A DNA stretch of 64,000 bases from Daphnia carinata. Lineage: Eukaryota. This document shows, piece by piece, positions 40,752 through 54,102 of the stretch. The notes under the pieces were generated by a model. It saw only the letters and a program-made list of their open reading frames with translations. It ran no database searches and had not been told where the DNA came from. Made by a program: the position numbers and the translations under genes. The DNA is taken from positions 6,076,001 through 6,140,000 of the forward strand of contig NC_081331.1 of the NCBI RefSeq assembly GCF_022539665.2, written 5' to 3'. Numbering within the stretch: the stretch's first letter is position 1; each line of letters opens with the position of its first letter.

Positions 40752-42147
40752 ATTTTAATTTGATTTGAATGGGATATTATTTCTTAAACAAGACTTTTAA
40801 AGATGCATAGAAAATAAAATTCGTTATTGCCAAGGTCATATTATTTTGGGGACTTTTTCGTCGAAACGTATTTTCTCTTCCTCTCAGGTGTTGATTAGAT
40901 CTCTGCGCCATAAAACAAAAGCCTCTTTCTTGAGCTCTGCTACTCTAGAAAAGAAGATGGCACATGACGAGGGGGGGACGTCAACCTTTAGCCATTGACC
41001 CCGTTTCCCATAGCTAGTCCAAGATGCCGGGTTTGATAGAGGAAAGTTAACTTGAGTACTCTCAAGTTCCTAACTATGGACTTACCACTTTCTGAATAAC
41101 TTTGAAACTTGGAGTAGTTAGTACACTGATTTTCGATCTATCCAGAAACTGAAGTAACTGGTACGATCAGGTTATTATGGGTGATCTTGGACATACATAA
41201 TGTTTCAATTTGGTTACCTGAGATTGAAATTTTGCACATTACCTGCAAATGATTTTCGAAGTTGACTTGCTGCAACCACTACGTGAATCTTCTTTCGAAT
41301 TTCCTATGTTTGGTTAGTATATGCGAGTAAATTTTCCATGACATCTAGCGGCAGGATCGCAAAAATGAATGGCCAGAAGAAGCAAAGATATGCGCCAATA
41401 TAGTGACAGAGTTTTGCCAGAACAGGGGCATTCTACCTCGCGACAGCCTACGGGAAACTCGTGCCACCTGAGACGATTGCTGCACAAAAGTGTATATACC
41501 TCTCGCAAGTAAGTTTCTTTCTGCTGTATAACTGTAACATACTACCGTTACGCACCAAATAAGTCTGACGCAAGTTTATCAATACTATTGCGTGGATTCC
41601 GTTCCAAATTATGGGATTCAGCAAGTACGTAATCTGTTTTGCTCCATAATAAAGTGTAGAGATCGATGTGACTGAAAGTGACGTCTGATCGATACGTAAT
41701 GCGACGAAACATAGTATTTTCTTGGAATTTCAATGAGCCTTGATTTAAATCCGGAAGTGTTAACCTTAAATTTTTAATATACGATGCACTATAATTGATA
41801 GCGAATTTCCAAATTGTTGTGTTGAAACTTCCTTAAATTATGCACGACAACAAGTAGAGAAAATAATACGGATGTTTCACGCCGACGCAGTGGGTGCTTT
41901 GCCGAATGAAAATAACCTACCGACCTTGGATTATGTTTTGACCAAGAGCACAAAATTCGTAATCTGAGTCGGGAAATGTGTGCACCGAGTGTGGCGTGAT
42001 ACGAATACGTCACACACAGAAGGTTTCTGCGTGATACAATTCTAAACCGTATTGGTGCTATAAAAATTCTTGCTTATAATTATGTTTGCACACAGCCGTT
42101 GTACATGCTATTTTTCTAAAACTTTTTAGCTGAGAAATTGAAAAGAA

Positions 42148-43896
42148 ATGGCCACGACGATGAACAAAACAATGCGGCCAATGGTCGGAATTATGAACGG
42201 CTGGAGGGCACCGTTAGTTCGTTCGAAAGCAACGAAAGTATCGGCGGCCACAGCTGAAGATATGTCCGTTTCCATGGGAGCCGCATCAGAGGCCATTTTC
42301 AAACGCGAAGACAAGTACGGAGCGCACAACTATCACCCTTTGCCCGTAGCCCTCTGCCGAGGCCAAGGTCGGTTCAACTTAATAAGTCAGTGAAGTCGTC
42401 TCCATGATTGTTGAATGCGGTAGTTTGATTCAGGAGTGCGAGTTTGGGATGTTGAGGGACGCGTCTACTACGATTTTTTAAGCGCGTATTCAGCCGTCAA
42501 TCAGGGCCACTGTCATCCACGCATCATCAAAGCTCTGCATCAACAAGCCGACATACTGACCTTGTAAGCAAATAACTATTTAATATGCCTTGTGATTACT
42601 GCGCACTTCTCTCAACTGTAGGAAAAAAATTGTTTCTTATTAGAACTTCGAGAGCATTCTATTCGGATGTTTTGGGAGAGTATGAGGAGTATGTTACGAA
42701 GCTTTTTGGCTACGATAAAGTTCTTCCAATGAACACGGGAGTTGAAGGTGGAGAGACGGCTTGCAAATTGGCTCGCAAATGGGGCTACACAGTCAAAAAG
42801 ATTCCCGACAACCAGGCCAAGATTGTTTTTGTCGAAGGCAACTTCTGGGGCCGCACCATGGCTGCCATTTCGAGCTCCACAGATCCATCCAGCTACGCCG
42901 GATTTGGCCCATACATGCCGGGCTACGTCATCATTCCTTACAATGATTTGGGCGCTCTAAAGGTGCATTACTCCATTTTTACATTCTGCAATTTCATACT
43001 AATTCTTTTTATTTTTGGTAATTAATAGACGGCTTTGGAAGACCCGACTGTCTGCGCATTCATGATGGAGCCGATTCAAGGCGAAGCCGGAGTGGTTGTT
43101 CCTGATCCCGGCTATCTCAAAGTAAAAACTTAATCTATTTTTTTAAAAATAGCATGACAACGAACGAAACTTTAACTTATAGGGTGTAAGGGAGCTTTGC
43201 ACGAGAAACAAAGTTCTATGGATTGCCGATGAAGTGCAAACAGGCTTGGGTCGGACGGGCAAACGCTTGGCCGTCGACCATGAAAACGTAAAGCCAGATA
43301 TTTTAGTCCTCGGTAAAGCCCTGTCCGGTGGTGTTCTTCCCGTCTCCGCTGCACTAACCAACGATGATGTCATGATGACCATCAAACCTGGAGAGCACGG
43401 TTCGACATTTGGCGGAAATCCTTTGGCCTGCAAAGTTGCTATGGCAGCGTTACAAGTACTAACACATCTACGTTTCCCTATGCAATGCCTTGAAATCGCG
43501 TTTAACTAAAATTACCCACCCACAGGTTCTTGAGGAAGAAAAACTTGCAGATAATGCAGAAAAACTTGGTCAAAGATTTTAAGGGGTGAAATGCAGGAAC
43601 TTCCCAGCTCAGTGATCAAGTTGGTGCGAGGAAAAGGATTGCTAGACGCCATCGTTATCCAACCAGGTGACAAGCGAATTGTTATCATTTAAGTTAAGCC
43701 AAAGACTAATCTTCGTCGTCGTTATCTAGAATTTGACGCCTGGGAAATTTGCCTACGGTTGCGTAACGAAGGATTGCTCGCAAAGCCAACTCACGGTGAC
43801 ATTATTCGTTTTGCTCCGCCATTGGTCATCAACGAGAAGGAAATGCTTGAATGCACATCCATCATTAAAAAAGTTGTTTACTCGTACGTCAAATGA
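42148..43896 (+). CDS. OAT: Ornithine aminotransferase, mitochondrial (multi-exon; apparent frameshift near 43571)
   Basis: [75 protein letters not shown] lysine in [36 protein letters not shown]. Confidence 0.96.
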
Positions 43897-44115
43897 AACA
43901 CAAATTCGCTTCCTAAATAATCCTTTCATACGAAGATATTTTGTGAGGGCTTCCTTTTCGTTGCGATTGTTTTTCTCTTAAAGCCAGCATCGGAAAACAA
44001 TTTTCCAATATCCCCGTTCTTCTGTCTGTTATCTTTTCACTTCTTCAATTGAATTATTCAACAAAAAATTTTGAACGATTTTGGTCGGATTGGGTAAGAC
44101 GAGAATGAAATATAT

Positions 44116-47019
44116 TTACATCGTTGCCTGAAAAAGGAATAAAGATGCTATGATTCCTATCGAAGAGCAAACGGCGAAAAGTAGCTCGTAGAGAAGCCGA
44201 GGAGCGAATATTTTCCAAACCATCAGATGTCGGCGATGCAGGGCCGCAGCGCCCATGCAACCAAACAACTAACGGTAACGCAGGTAAGTAACTAACGCTA
44301 TCTTTTTCAAATAAAAAAATTTTGCTACTTACGCGCACAGCATGAAAGAAGAGGATGTAGAGCCATCCATTCGCTAAACGCATCCGCGACTCCTTGTTCT
44401 TTCGGACCGTAGTTGTTGACAGGGCCGCGATGGGTACAGCCATGGCATGCAAAAGCATTGAGAAGGCTGTGCTGTAACTAACGAAGAACGTTGGCAACAC
44501 GTTAGCTAAACCGCCTTGGCTGTTGGCGTGTGAGAAGCCTACAAAAGCTGATTCCCTATCAAAACAAAAAAGAAACAATTGAATATAATGCTGAAATGAG
44601 TTACTTGTACTGGAAACATACCACGGAATGCTGGCTAGGCTAGTGTGGTGCCCACTGGCGAAGAAACCATGCAAGGATAAAATTCCGTAGAGAGGCCACA
44701 TCTCTTCGCTGCTGCTGGCCTCAGCGAAGAGTTGCGAAAACAGCACGATACTGACAAGTGTTAATATAATACCTGGCGCCAGGCCGTCGCCAGCTAAAAG
44801 AACGGCAAGGGTTGACAGTAGGATCACCATGTCCGATGTTTTTCTGCGGTAATTAGATACCTTGGCGTGCTCATTATCGATTACAAACTGATAGATATCA
44901 CGGGCTAGTTTTAAGACAAAGACAGAATAGAATACTTTTGGCAGAAAAGTTAATGCAGCTGTGTCGCCACCCAAAAGGAAACAGGCGCTTTGCACAATCC
45001 AATGGCACCAGACGATGGCAAACAGATATCCGATTTTCTGATCGACTTGAAGGTATCGGGTAAGAAGTAAATAAAGAACAATGCAAGATACGAAAGCCAG
45101 GGACATTCTTTGATACAGCATCCAGTTGGATCCTGAAAGACTGGTAAGACTACGATGGAGGCTGTGTGCTTCACAAACAGGGAACTGCTCTTCCCGGCAA
45201 CGAAAGAAAGCCAACCCCAATCGTACAGACAAGCTCAATCCACTTCTGATTATAAGCTGGCCCGTTTTACGCTTGAAGAAAAGGGGTAGCCAGATCAGTG
45301 TTTGTGCTAGGAAGTGAACTACGTATGGTTCCTCAACAACAAAACTATTTGAGGTATAAGAAACAGCAAGGAAAAATGGAACTAGGGAAATCAAGTGGAA
45401 TCCCTTAAATCGCATAACACGCATTGCCATAGTCAAATATATCAAAACTGGTGCTAAGCTCAAGCCAAGAATCACCATGATGTGCAATCGTTGAAGTAAA
45501 AGGGAAAAGAACGCCCCGGCAACGCCAATGTAACTGACAGGCTTCATGGAAGTCGATTCGCAGTCGATGAGCATAGTTGCATTCAACAGCAAAGAAGAAG
45601 TAAAAATTGCCAATCCAACAATGATGGAGATTACGTCGAAACGAGCCCACATTGAACGACAGATTTCTTTAGCTTCTGAGAGGAAAGTCTGTGCCGTCGT
45701 TATGAATTCTTTAAGCTTTTCATGGTTGGGGCAACAACTTGAATCAGATGAACAATTTTGGAAACATCCTTCAATTTTTTGTCCTTTGAAGAGATCGGAG
45801 ACATGTGTGAACTTGCTGCTTAGTTGTTGGTATTCTGCCTCTGGGAAAGGCGATTCACGCCTATATGTTTCCAAATAACGCCAAATTTGTTTGGCGTTTA
45901 TGTACAGGGCATCGGAGAAGTATGATAACGCAATCGCTAAATTATCTTTTTCACTGGTGTGGATTTCTTGCAAAAGTTGCTCGGGGAAAACGAAGTCTAG
46001 TATCACTGAACCTAGATTTGAATAAGGTATTGGTATGCCCAGCAATATAGACAAGGTTGGTACAAGGTCTACTTGGCTGACAACTTGCGTCTTCGAATCA
46101 TTGAATTTTATATTCCATCCAGGACTGTAGGCAAATAAACCAGCGTTGATTTCGTCTGGGCTGTCACCACCATGATCACCAGTTCTTGTCATCCCATGAT
46201 CACCCATGACTAGTAGCAGCGTTTGAGAATTCATGTTGCGTACAATTTTTTCAATTAAAGAGTTCATCTCTTTTAATTTTCGGGGCATGACAGGATGTTC
46301 GGGCCCGTAACGATGACCTGTATGATCGACCCCTAAGCAGTGAGCGATCAGCAAATTCCAATCTGGTTTCAAGATTTCCGATACCAAATGTCCTTCCACT
46401 CCCCGATCGACGGTATTAATGTCCCACACATCAAATGATGGGAATGGATAGGATCGATGGAAAGAGTTGGGAAACAATCCCATCCAAGTGTCATCACCCA
46501 TGAATGTCACATTCAAGCCAGATGAAGTTATTTGGCTCAGAAGATTGTCTTCAATGAGTTCATCACTTGCAAAATTGCTTCCAACATCAATGAAAGTTGG
46601 TAAACTGCCTGTAGTTATACCCTTCAGACGTTGCATTGTAGAAGTTGGAGGATCTGCGACAAACTGGTAAAATTAAGGGTCATAAAATAAGCTTTCATGT
46701 GTTGAAACTTATTGCATACCTGATATAGAACACCATGGTCATCTTTCAACAACTTGTGCACAACAGGAAGATTATTTTGGTAGATGGCTCCATCACTTGT
46801 GGAATCATTGTAGGCGAGGAAATCATATCGGAGGGCATCGATAAGTAGAATTATTACTTGCCTGTACTTGGGATCCAAACAACAAGAAACACCGTCGAAC
46901 GCTGTAGACTTCAGATGAACTTCACGACGGATTAGCAAGAAACCTTGAAGAAAGTGCAAAACACCATTGGAGTACAACAAAAACAGCCAGGCGAAAAACA
47001 CCGTATATCTTTTTTTCAT
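44116..47019 (-). CDS. PIGO: GPI ethanolamine phosphate transferase 3 (multi-exon)
   Basis: IDALRYDF, ADPPTSTMQRLKGITTGSLPTFIDVGSNF, FMGDDTW, AHCLGVDHTGH, GDHGMTRTGDHGG, SNSFVVEE, FFASGH, RRHLMVWKIFAPR. Confidence 0.92.
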
Positions 47020-47449
47020 TTCAGATTTCAGTTTTTAACAACAAAACTTTTTAGTTTTGCGGCCAAACCATTTCGTCGTTTATTCTACTACTTTCGAATT
47101 ATTTTGCAGACTAACATTGCGAGGTAGACAAACATAAAAATCTTTAGCATCTGTAAATTGATTGATAGAGCTTGAAAAACACGAATTCTTGAAATCTTGA
47201 TAATTATTCTTTAAATACGATAAATTGGAAAAATATTAATTTTAAAAATATTTTGATAAGCATTCAATAACGTTGAAAATTCAACGCTGGGGCAGGTGTC
47301 ACTAGAAGCCGTTCGTTCCTAGAATTTTTTAAAATTCATTAAGCAGACGAATTGACGCATGCCATTTCATAAGATACGCATGCACTCTTGACCCATCAAA
47401 CTGCACGTCTAGCACGAGTTTTGTTTTAAAAGCTAATGATATCTAGAAA

Positions 47450-47979
47450 ATGAATGTCGCTTCATTACCCGGCACGGCGACTCTACTTGAAGATTTGGAC
47501 AGTAAGTGTTTGCCACTAAAACACCTAGTTGTTATGATGTAATGTTTACCTATTTTCAGAAAAGGTCATAGTCGTACTTCGCGATGGCCGGACGTTAATA
47601 GGATATCTTCGAAGTGTGGACCAGTTTGCCAACTTGGTCCTTCATAAAACAATTGAGAGAATTCATGTTGGGAAAGAATATGGTGATATCCCACGTGGAG
47701 TCTTTATCGTCAGAGGAGAGAATGTTGCCCTCTTGGGTGAAATTGTAATGCTATAACTTCTTAAATTTTGGTCAAGTCTTACCAAGCCTCTGTTGACTAT
47801 AGGACTTGGAAAAAGAGGAAAGAATTCCTCTCACACAAGTTGGTGTTGAAGATATCCTTGAAGCCCAAAGACTAGAACAAGAAGAAAAACAGGCCAAGGA
47901 AAAAGTAAGAATGAAGAGACTCAAAGAACTAGGACTACAATCCACTGTTGCAGATTACACTCATGATGATGCTTTTTAG
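47450..47979 (+). CDS. LSM1: Sm-like protein LSm1 (3 short exons; not in the ORF track)
   Basis: Manual splicing gives [89 protein letters not shown]...DDAF*. Confidence 0.95.
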
Positions 47980-48325
47980 TTTTGAAGCTTGTGAAAATTG
48001 TTTTGATTCGTGACAGGGAAAACAAATAAACGATTCCTTTTGTATACTTTGGTGTGTTAAATTTGGGATTCATTAAGGCTTCAGTTTTTTCACTTGCACA
48101 AATTCAGTTGGCATTTGTGAAATTAGAAGTTTTGAGCAGGTGAGTAATACCTAAAAATTTCAGGTGTTTTAGCTCTAACTAAAAAGAAATCTAAAAGCTA
48201 CGCTGTGATTGGTTCATCCAAAGCTAAAAGAAGATCTATAAGCCCCTCCCACTTCATGTTGACAACATCAGTCACTTGATAAAATTTACTTGTATAAATA
48301 GTTTGCTACTAACCTGATTATCGTT

Positions 48326-49629
48326 ATGATATTGAAGACTGCTGGCATACTATCTCGACGATTCCTGTTCACCACTGCGACTACAAAGATGAGCTCTACT
48401 GCAAAAAAATTAGATGGCAGAATTGCAATAGTAACAGCTTCAACAGATGGGTACATATCTATTGTTTACATTGTGTTTTACTCGAACTTATATAGATACC
48501 GTTGTATTAAATGTTTTTTTGTGTGTGTTTGTATTTTTCAAGAATTGGCTTTGCGATCGCCAAGCGATTAGCTGCAGATGGAGCACAAGTTGTTGTTAGT
48601 AGTAGAAAACAGAAGAATGTTGACGCTGCTGTTGCTAAACTAAAAATGGAAGGGCTAACTGTCACTGGAATGGTTTGTCATGTTGGTTTGAAGGAAGACA
48701 GGGAAAAACTGATTGAAAAAGTACTATTATTTTTGATTATTTGAATTATGATACCCAGTTTAATTCCCATCACTATTTACTTTGCTTTTTAGACTGTTTC
48801 TCTTTTTGGAGGACTAGACATTTTGATAAGTAATGCTGCAGTAAATCCTGTTTTTGGACCAGTGCTGAGCGTAAGCAACCAATAATTACAATGATTGTTT
48901 CACATGATTAGCCTCAATAATTTCCCTAAGTGCCCTGAAGATGCCTGGGACAAAATTTTTGACATTAATGTAAAGACAGCTTTTTTACTGGCTAAGTCTG
49001 CTGTCCCTCACATGGAAAAGAGAGGGAAAGGATCCATCATCTTCATCTCTTCAATTGCTGGATTTCAGCCATTCTCAGTAAGGATTCTGCTCCACGTTTC
49101 ATGTTCCGCAATGCTAGTCCTAACGAGAAATTAAAACCATTATAGGCTCTAGGGGCATATTCTGTAAGTAAAACGGCACTACTAGGCTTAACGAAAGTGC
49201 TAGCACAAGAAGTTGGACATAGTGGCATCCGCGTGAACTGTATTGCACCTGGTGTCATTCAAACCAAATTCAGTTCAATGGTAACAATCAAATTTGCTTT
49301 CTAATTTACCTCTACCATCGATGGGCGCAATTCAATTCTTAAATTTTTTTTTCTTTGGTTGTCTGTGGTTTTGTAACTATACATTTTGTTGCGTAGTTGG
49401 TAGACAACGATGCCGTACGTAACAAAGTCCTTGAGGGCATACCGCTTCAAAGGTAAATATATTCCTTTAAAAAAGACTATGAGGTGAACCTAACATTTCT
49501 GGAAATTTTTGTAGGATTGGACAACCAGAAGATATGGGAGGATTGGCTTCCTTTTTGTGCTCCGACGACGCTTCTTTCATAACCGGGGAAAATATTATTG
49601 CCGCTGGTGGAGCTCAGTCAAGACTTTAA
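48326..49629 (+). CDS. DHRS4: Short-chain dehydrogenase/reductase DHRS4-like (multi-exon)
   Basis: [36 protein letters not shown], catalytic [15 protein letters not shown]-terminal PTS1 SRL*. Confidence 0.9.
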
Positions 49630-49724
49630 ATCACATACAACGTATTTTTGTATCATAGAGGGCTTACAATAGCACTAATAAAGATATTATTCCGGGTATG
49701 AAAGGAACTATTTATTTAAAGAAC

Positions 49725-50448
49725 TTAACCGGCCATAGAACGCTTTCGACCACGGAGGCGAATTTCATCAAGTTTCTTAAGGGTTTCTTTACCATCTTTC
49801 TTATTTGACATCAGGTATGACTTGAGGATGATTTCAAATAAAGGTTCAGAATTGGGATGAGTGCTTAACATGGCTCTCTCAAGAACATACAAGTCAACAC
49901 CTTTATCTTCAGCTGAATGGTCAATAAAGCTGAGGCCAAAATCAATCATCGTAAGCTTAGAAATATCACCACTTCTAATCAACATATTAGAAGTAGTTAA
50001 ATCCCCATGGATGATGTTTTGTGAATGCAAAAGACCAATCGTTGTTCCAATAGTTGAGGCCAATTGATCAAGATTGCTTTTTGATGTAGGATCTTTGATA
50101 TAATCTTTGACAGTCACACCATCAACAATGTGTTCCATCATTATATGGTTTAGTTCCATATTGACACAGTACACAGTTGGAGCATGAACACCTATGTACA
50201 CAACTGATTTAATTTGAAGCCAGTGCATAATAATTACGTTTAAGATTACCTGCCAAGCGGCAACGGACAAGTGAACGAACTTCATTTTTAACTCTTTGGG
50301 TTGAAATTTCTCGGTCAAGATGAGGATGTCTGTAACGCTTCGGAAACCGTTCTTTGACGATGCAAGGTTTTCCATGAAAAGAACCACTGTAAATTTTTGC
50401 CTCAGAACCCTGTTTGACCAAAACATAGGGCTGCTCTTTCATATCCAT
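49725..50448 (-). CDS. TP53RK: KEOPS complex kinase TP53RK/Bud32 (2 coding exons)
   Basis: LVKQGSEAKIY, VKERFPKRYRHPHLD, IIHGDLTTSNM, IDFGLS, EDKGVDLYVLERA, C-terminal RLRGRKRSMAG. Confidence 0.95.
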
Positions 50449-51206
50449 TTTCGAAGAATTCTGAATGTTTTACCGGTAAAATTATTCAGTCAACTCCCAT
50501 GCTGATGGCAGACGTAACTACGTTTTGCGAGGGAAAGTCGGTAAAACGTGGGGTTTTGGATGTTGGTCTCGGAAACTGGTGGGATGCAGTGCGGGATGAC
50601 TGTGCGGGCTGCGGGACAATGTTTCATTTTCTCCCCTTAAACACTGCCACGGTAAGACCCACGACCGACTCATTCGAACAAAAATTATTTAGTGACATAA
50701 CTACATTCGAAAGTAACTGTGTGGGTTAAGACGGAATTTTCTTCTAGTGATGGGGAGAAACTAAGAATTACCTTTGACTCGTCCATCGAGGCGCTTTCGG
50801 CTAAGTCAGCTTGACCAATCAACTAATTAAGTTTTTAACGCCACAGAAAGAATAATCCTTTATTTTTAGTGAATTGTGAAGATAACCTTACCAGAACCAC
50901 TTACACTTTAATTAGAACTTTTCGCCTTGCAGAACCTTATTTCCTAGTTTACGCAACACTTTAGCAGACTACGCCTTTTACCCAGGCGATTTTTGAAAAT
51001 AAATGCTTATGCCATCTAGCGGTCTGCTAGTTAAGTAAGCAAATTGTGGCAGACTATTTTGATTTTGATGTATTGTGTACGCATAGTTTGCCTTCTTAGT
51101 TTTTACCGGTAATCCACTTGTTTAAATTTTATGTACGACAATCGCATCGTATTAAATATTTTGTTTCATATTTGTTATTATAGGAATACCTTAATTTGTC
51201 TCCAAA

Positions 51207-53121
51207 ATGTCGTTGGCTGACGAATTACTTGCGGATTTGGAAATGGATGATGAGGACACTCACATGGATGTAGGGATGCAGCTTCCTGAACCTTCAGTTG
51301 AAGTAAAAACGGAAATCAAGCAAGAATTCTTTGTACCACCGGTTGCAAAGTTGACTCTTGATGATGTTTGTAAACTGAGAAATTCACCCCAGCTTGTCAG
51401 CATCCTGGAAGAAATAGAGAAATACTGTGGGCAGAATCGCACGTCTGAGAATATTCAGGTATATTTCTGAATACCATAAATAAGAAGTAAATATTAACCT
51501 TTTTGAATGTTATAACTAGGGTCCTGTAGAAGCAGATCCAGAATATCAACTTATTGTTGAAGCAAATAATTTGGCTGTTGAGATTGACAATGATGTCAAT
51601 GCCATACACAAGTTTGTCAGGGACTTGTATGCCAAAAGATTTTCAGAGTTGGAGTCATTGGTGGTGAATCCATTGGAATACATTACAACTGTTAAGGAAC
51701 TTGGAAATGAAATCAGCCAAGCTAAGCATAGTACAGTATTGCAACAGAATCTTACCCAGGCAACCATCATGGTGCTCTCTGTGACAGCCTCCACCACACA
51801 AGGGTAACTTGTTTTTTAAGGGACATTTCAATAAAAACAGGGTTTTATGTGTGTTTGCATTACACAGGAAACCTCTAGATGGTGCGGAACTGAGTAGGGT
51901 CATGGAAGCTTGCGACACTGCTTTGGAACTAGATAAATGCAAAACCAGAATCTATTCCTACGTGGAGAGTCGCATGACGTTCATAGCACCAAACTTGTCA
52001 ATTCTAGTTGGCGCACCCATTGCTGCCAAGTTGATGGGTAGGAAGATCTTATTAATCTACAGAGCACAAACATCTTTATACTGTAAGGTTTCCTGCATTA
52101 CAGGTGTAGCTGGTGGATTAACGGCCCTTTCCAAAATGCCAGCCTGTAACATCCAATTACTCGGTAATCAAAAGCGTACCTTATCTGGATTTTCTCAGAC
52201 AGCCACTTTGCCCCACACGGGTTTTATCTTTGAATCGCCAATCGTGCAAGATACACCTCCAGTAAACCTTGTTCTATTTCCGGCACAAAATGGCTGCTCT
52301 AATATTTCGATTTCAATTGTAGGATCTTAGACGCAAAGCAGCACGTTTGGTTTCCTCGAAATGTACTCTAGCAGCTAGAGTGGATGCGTTCCACGAGAGT
52401 TGCGACGGGACTATTGGGCGCAACTTTCGCGAGGATGTCGAACGTAGATTGGACCGACTCCAAGAGCCACCGCCTGTGAAGGCTATTAAACCATTGGCGG
52501 CCCCGTTGGAAGCCCCTCGGAAAAAACGTGGTGGCAAGCGTGTTCGCCGTATGAAGGAGAAGTACGCCCAGACTGAAATGCGTAAACAAGCAAATCGCAT
52601 GACGTTCGGAGAAGTATGTCACTTCCTTGTTCTCTGTTGCACGTAATTCGAATGCGAAATTACCGTGTTTTTCTGTGTGTTTAGATTGAAGAAGACGCAT
52701 ACCAAGAAGATTTGGGCTACACCCGAGGCATGATGGGTAAAGGTGGACCGGGTCGCATACGAGGACCGACCATTGATGAGAAGACGAAAGTGCGCATTTC
52801 GAAAGCCCTGCAAAGAAATCTACAGCGTCAGCAAGCGTATGGAGGGGCTACTACCGTCAAACGCCAAGTGGCCGGTACGGCTTCCTCTGTGGCTTTTACT
52901 CCGCTCCAGGTATACCATTTGTCCTACTTTTCTCGACCTACGTACGTATGATATCATTATTGTCTGTTTATTTGTTCCAGGGGCTTGAAATCGTTAATCC
53001 GCAAGCAGCTGAAAAGAAAGTTAGTGAGGCCAACATTCGGTACTTTTCAAACCAGGGTACCTTCTTCAACGTCAAAGACGTCAGCTCAACGCCGTTACCT
53101 GGTGGCAGTTCGACTAAGTAG
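51207..53121 (+). CDS. PRPF31: U4/U6.U5 tri-snRNP protein Prp31 (multi-exon)
   Basis: MSLADELLADLE, GPVEADPEYQLIVEANN, RFSELESLV, YVESRMTFIAPNLS, SKMPACN, KCTLAARVD, KKRGGKRVRRMKE, GTASSVAFTPLQGLEIVNPQA. Confidence 0.96.
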
Positions 53122-54102
53122 AACGAATCGCGAGTAGTTGTGATGTCGTATTTTCTATTCTGTCGCCATGCCTGTTGACTCTTCGGGATGAGGTGTATGT
53201 ACAATAAGCCGGCTCCGTTATTTCGTCTTTTTCATGCACACGATTTTTTTCATTTTATTTTGCTCATTGCACTTGAAAGATTTTTCATACACCATGATGC
53301 TTCCTAGTATTTTTACGAAGATTGCAAAAAAAGTCAACAAATCAAATACATCGTCATTCAGAATAGAAAAAAAAGTAGTATAGCGGTCTGACATAACACG
53401 CGAGGTCTGTACACATTGTGACACGTAGTCACCGTTATTGTCATAATAATATTACCATTTGTTTTAATAATAATACTAATAAGGCATCGGGAAGTTGAAA
53501 GAAAATGAAGGATTTGAGAAGGAAGATGAGCAGATGAAATTTAAATATAAAAAAGGCACTATTCGCTACATTTTTACATACAAGTGTTTTGGGGGCGTTA
53601 GGTGGACATCAGTCGAACAGGTTCGCGATTACCTTAATTGGTCGTATGTAGTCACGAAGGAGAAACAACATAACCTGTTTCCTGTTATTCCCTCCACTGG
53701 ATTCCTTCGTGTCCTGCTCGTCTAAAAAAAACAGAATAAGGAGAAACAAAACCAAAAAAAAAAAAAGTGGGGAATGTTTGAGAGCGAAACTGGATCATAA
53801 AAGAATTAAAATAAATAACAGGAAGGAATGCTGGAAAAGCAGATAATTTAAACAAAAAGTGGGAGAAACAGCCATAACGGTTTTGGATGTATATCTGGCT
53901 CGATCCATCACTGGTGTCACATTAATTCCATCATCTTGTCGCTGGATGGAATTAAATTTTTGTTTTAACTAAATACGGGAAGTTAGTGTTGGCTGTTGTC
54001 ATTTTCTTTTCTTTTTTTTTTTTGTAGTTTTGTTTTGTCTTGAAACACACGTTGCGATAACAAAAAGTGTAGATCTCTTCCTCCCCCTACATTAGTTAAC
54101 AT

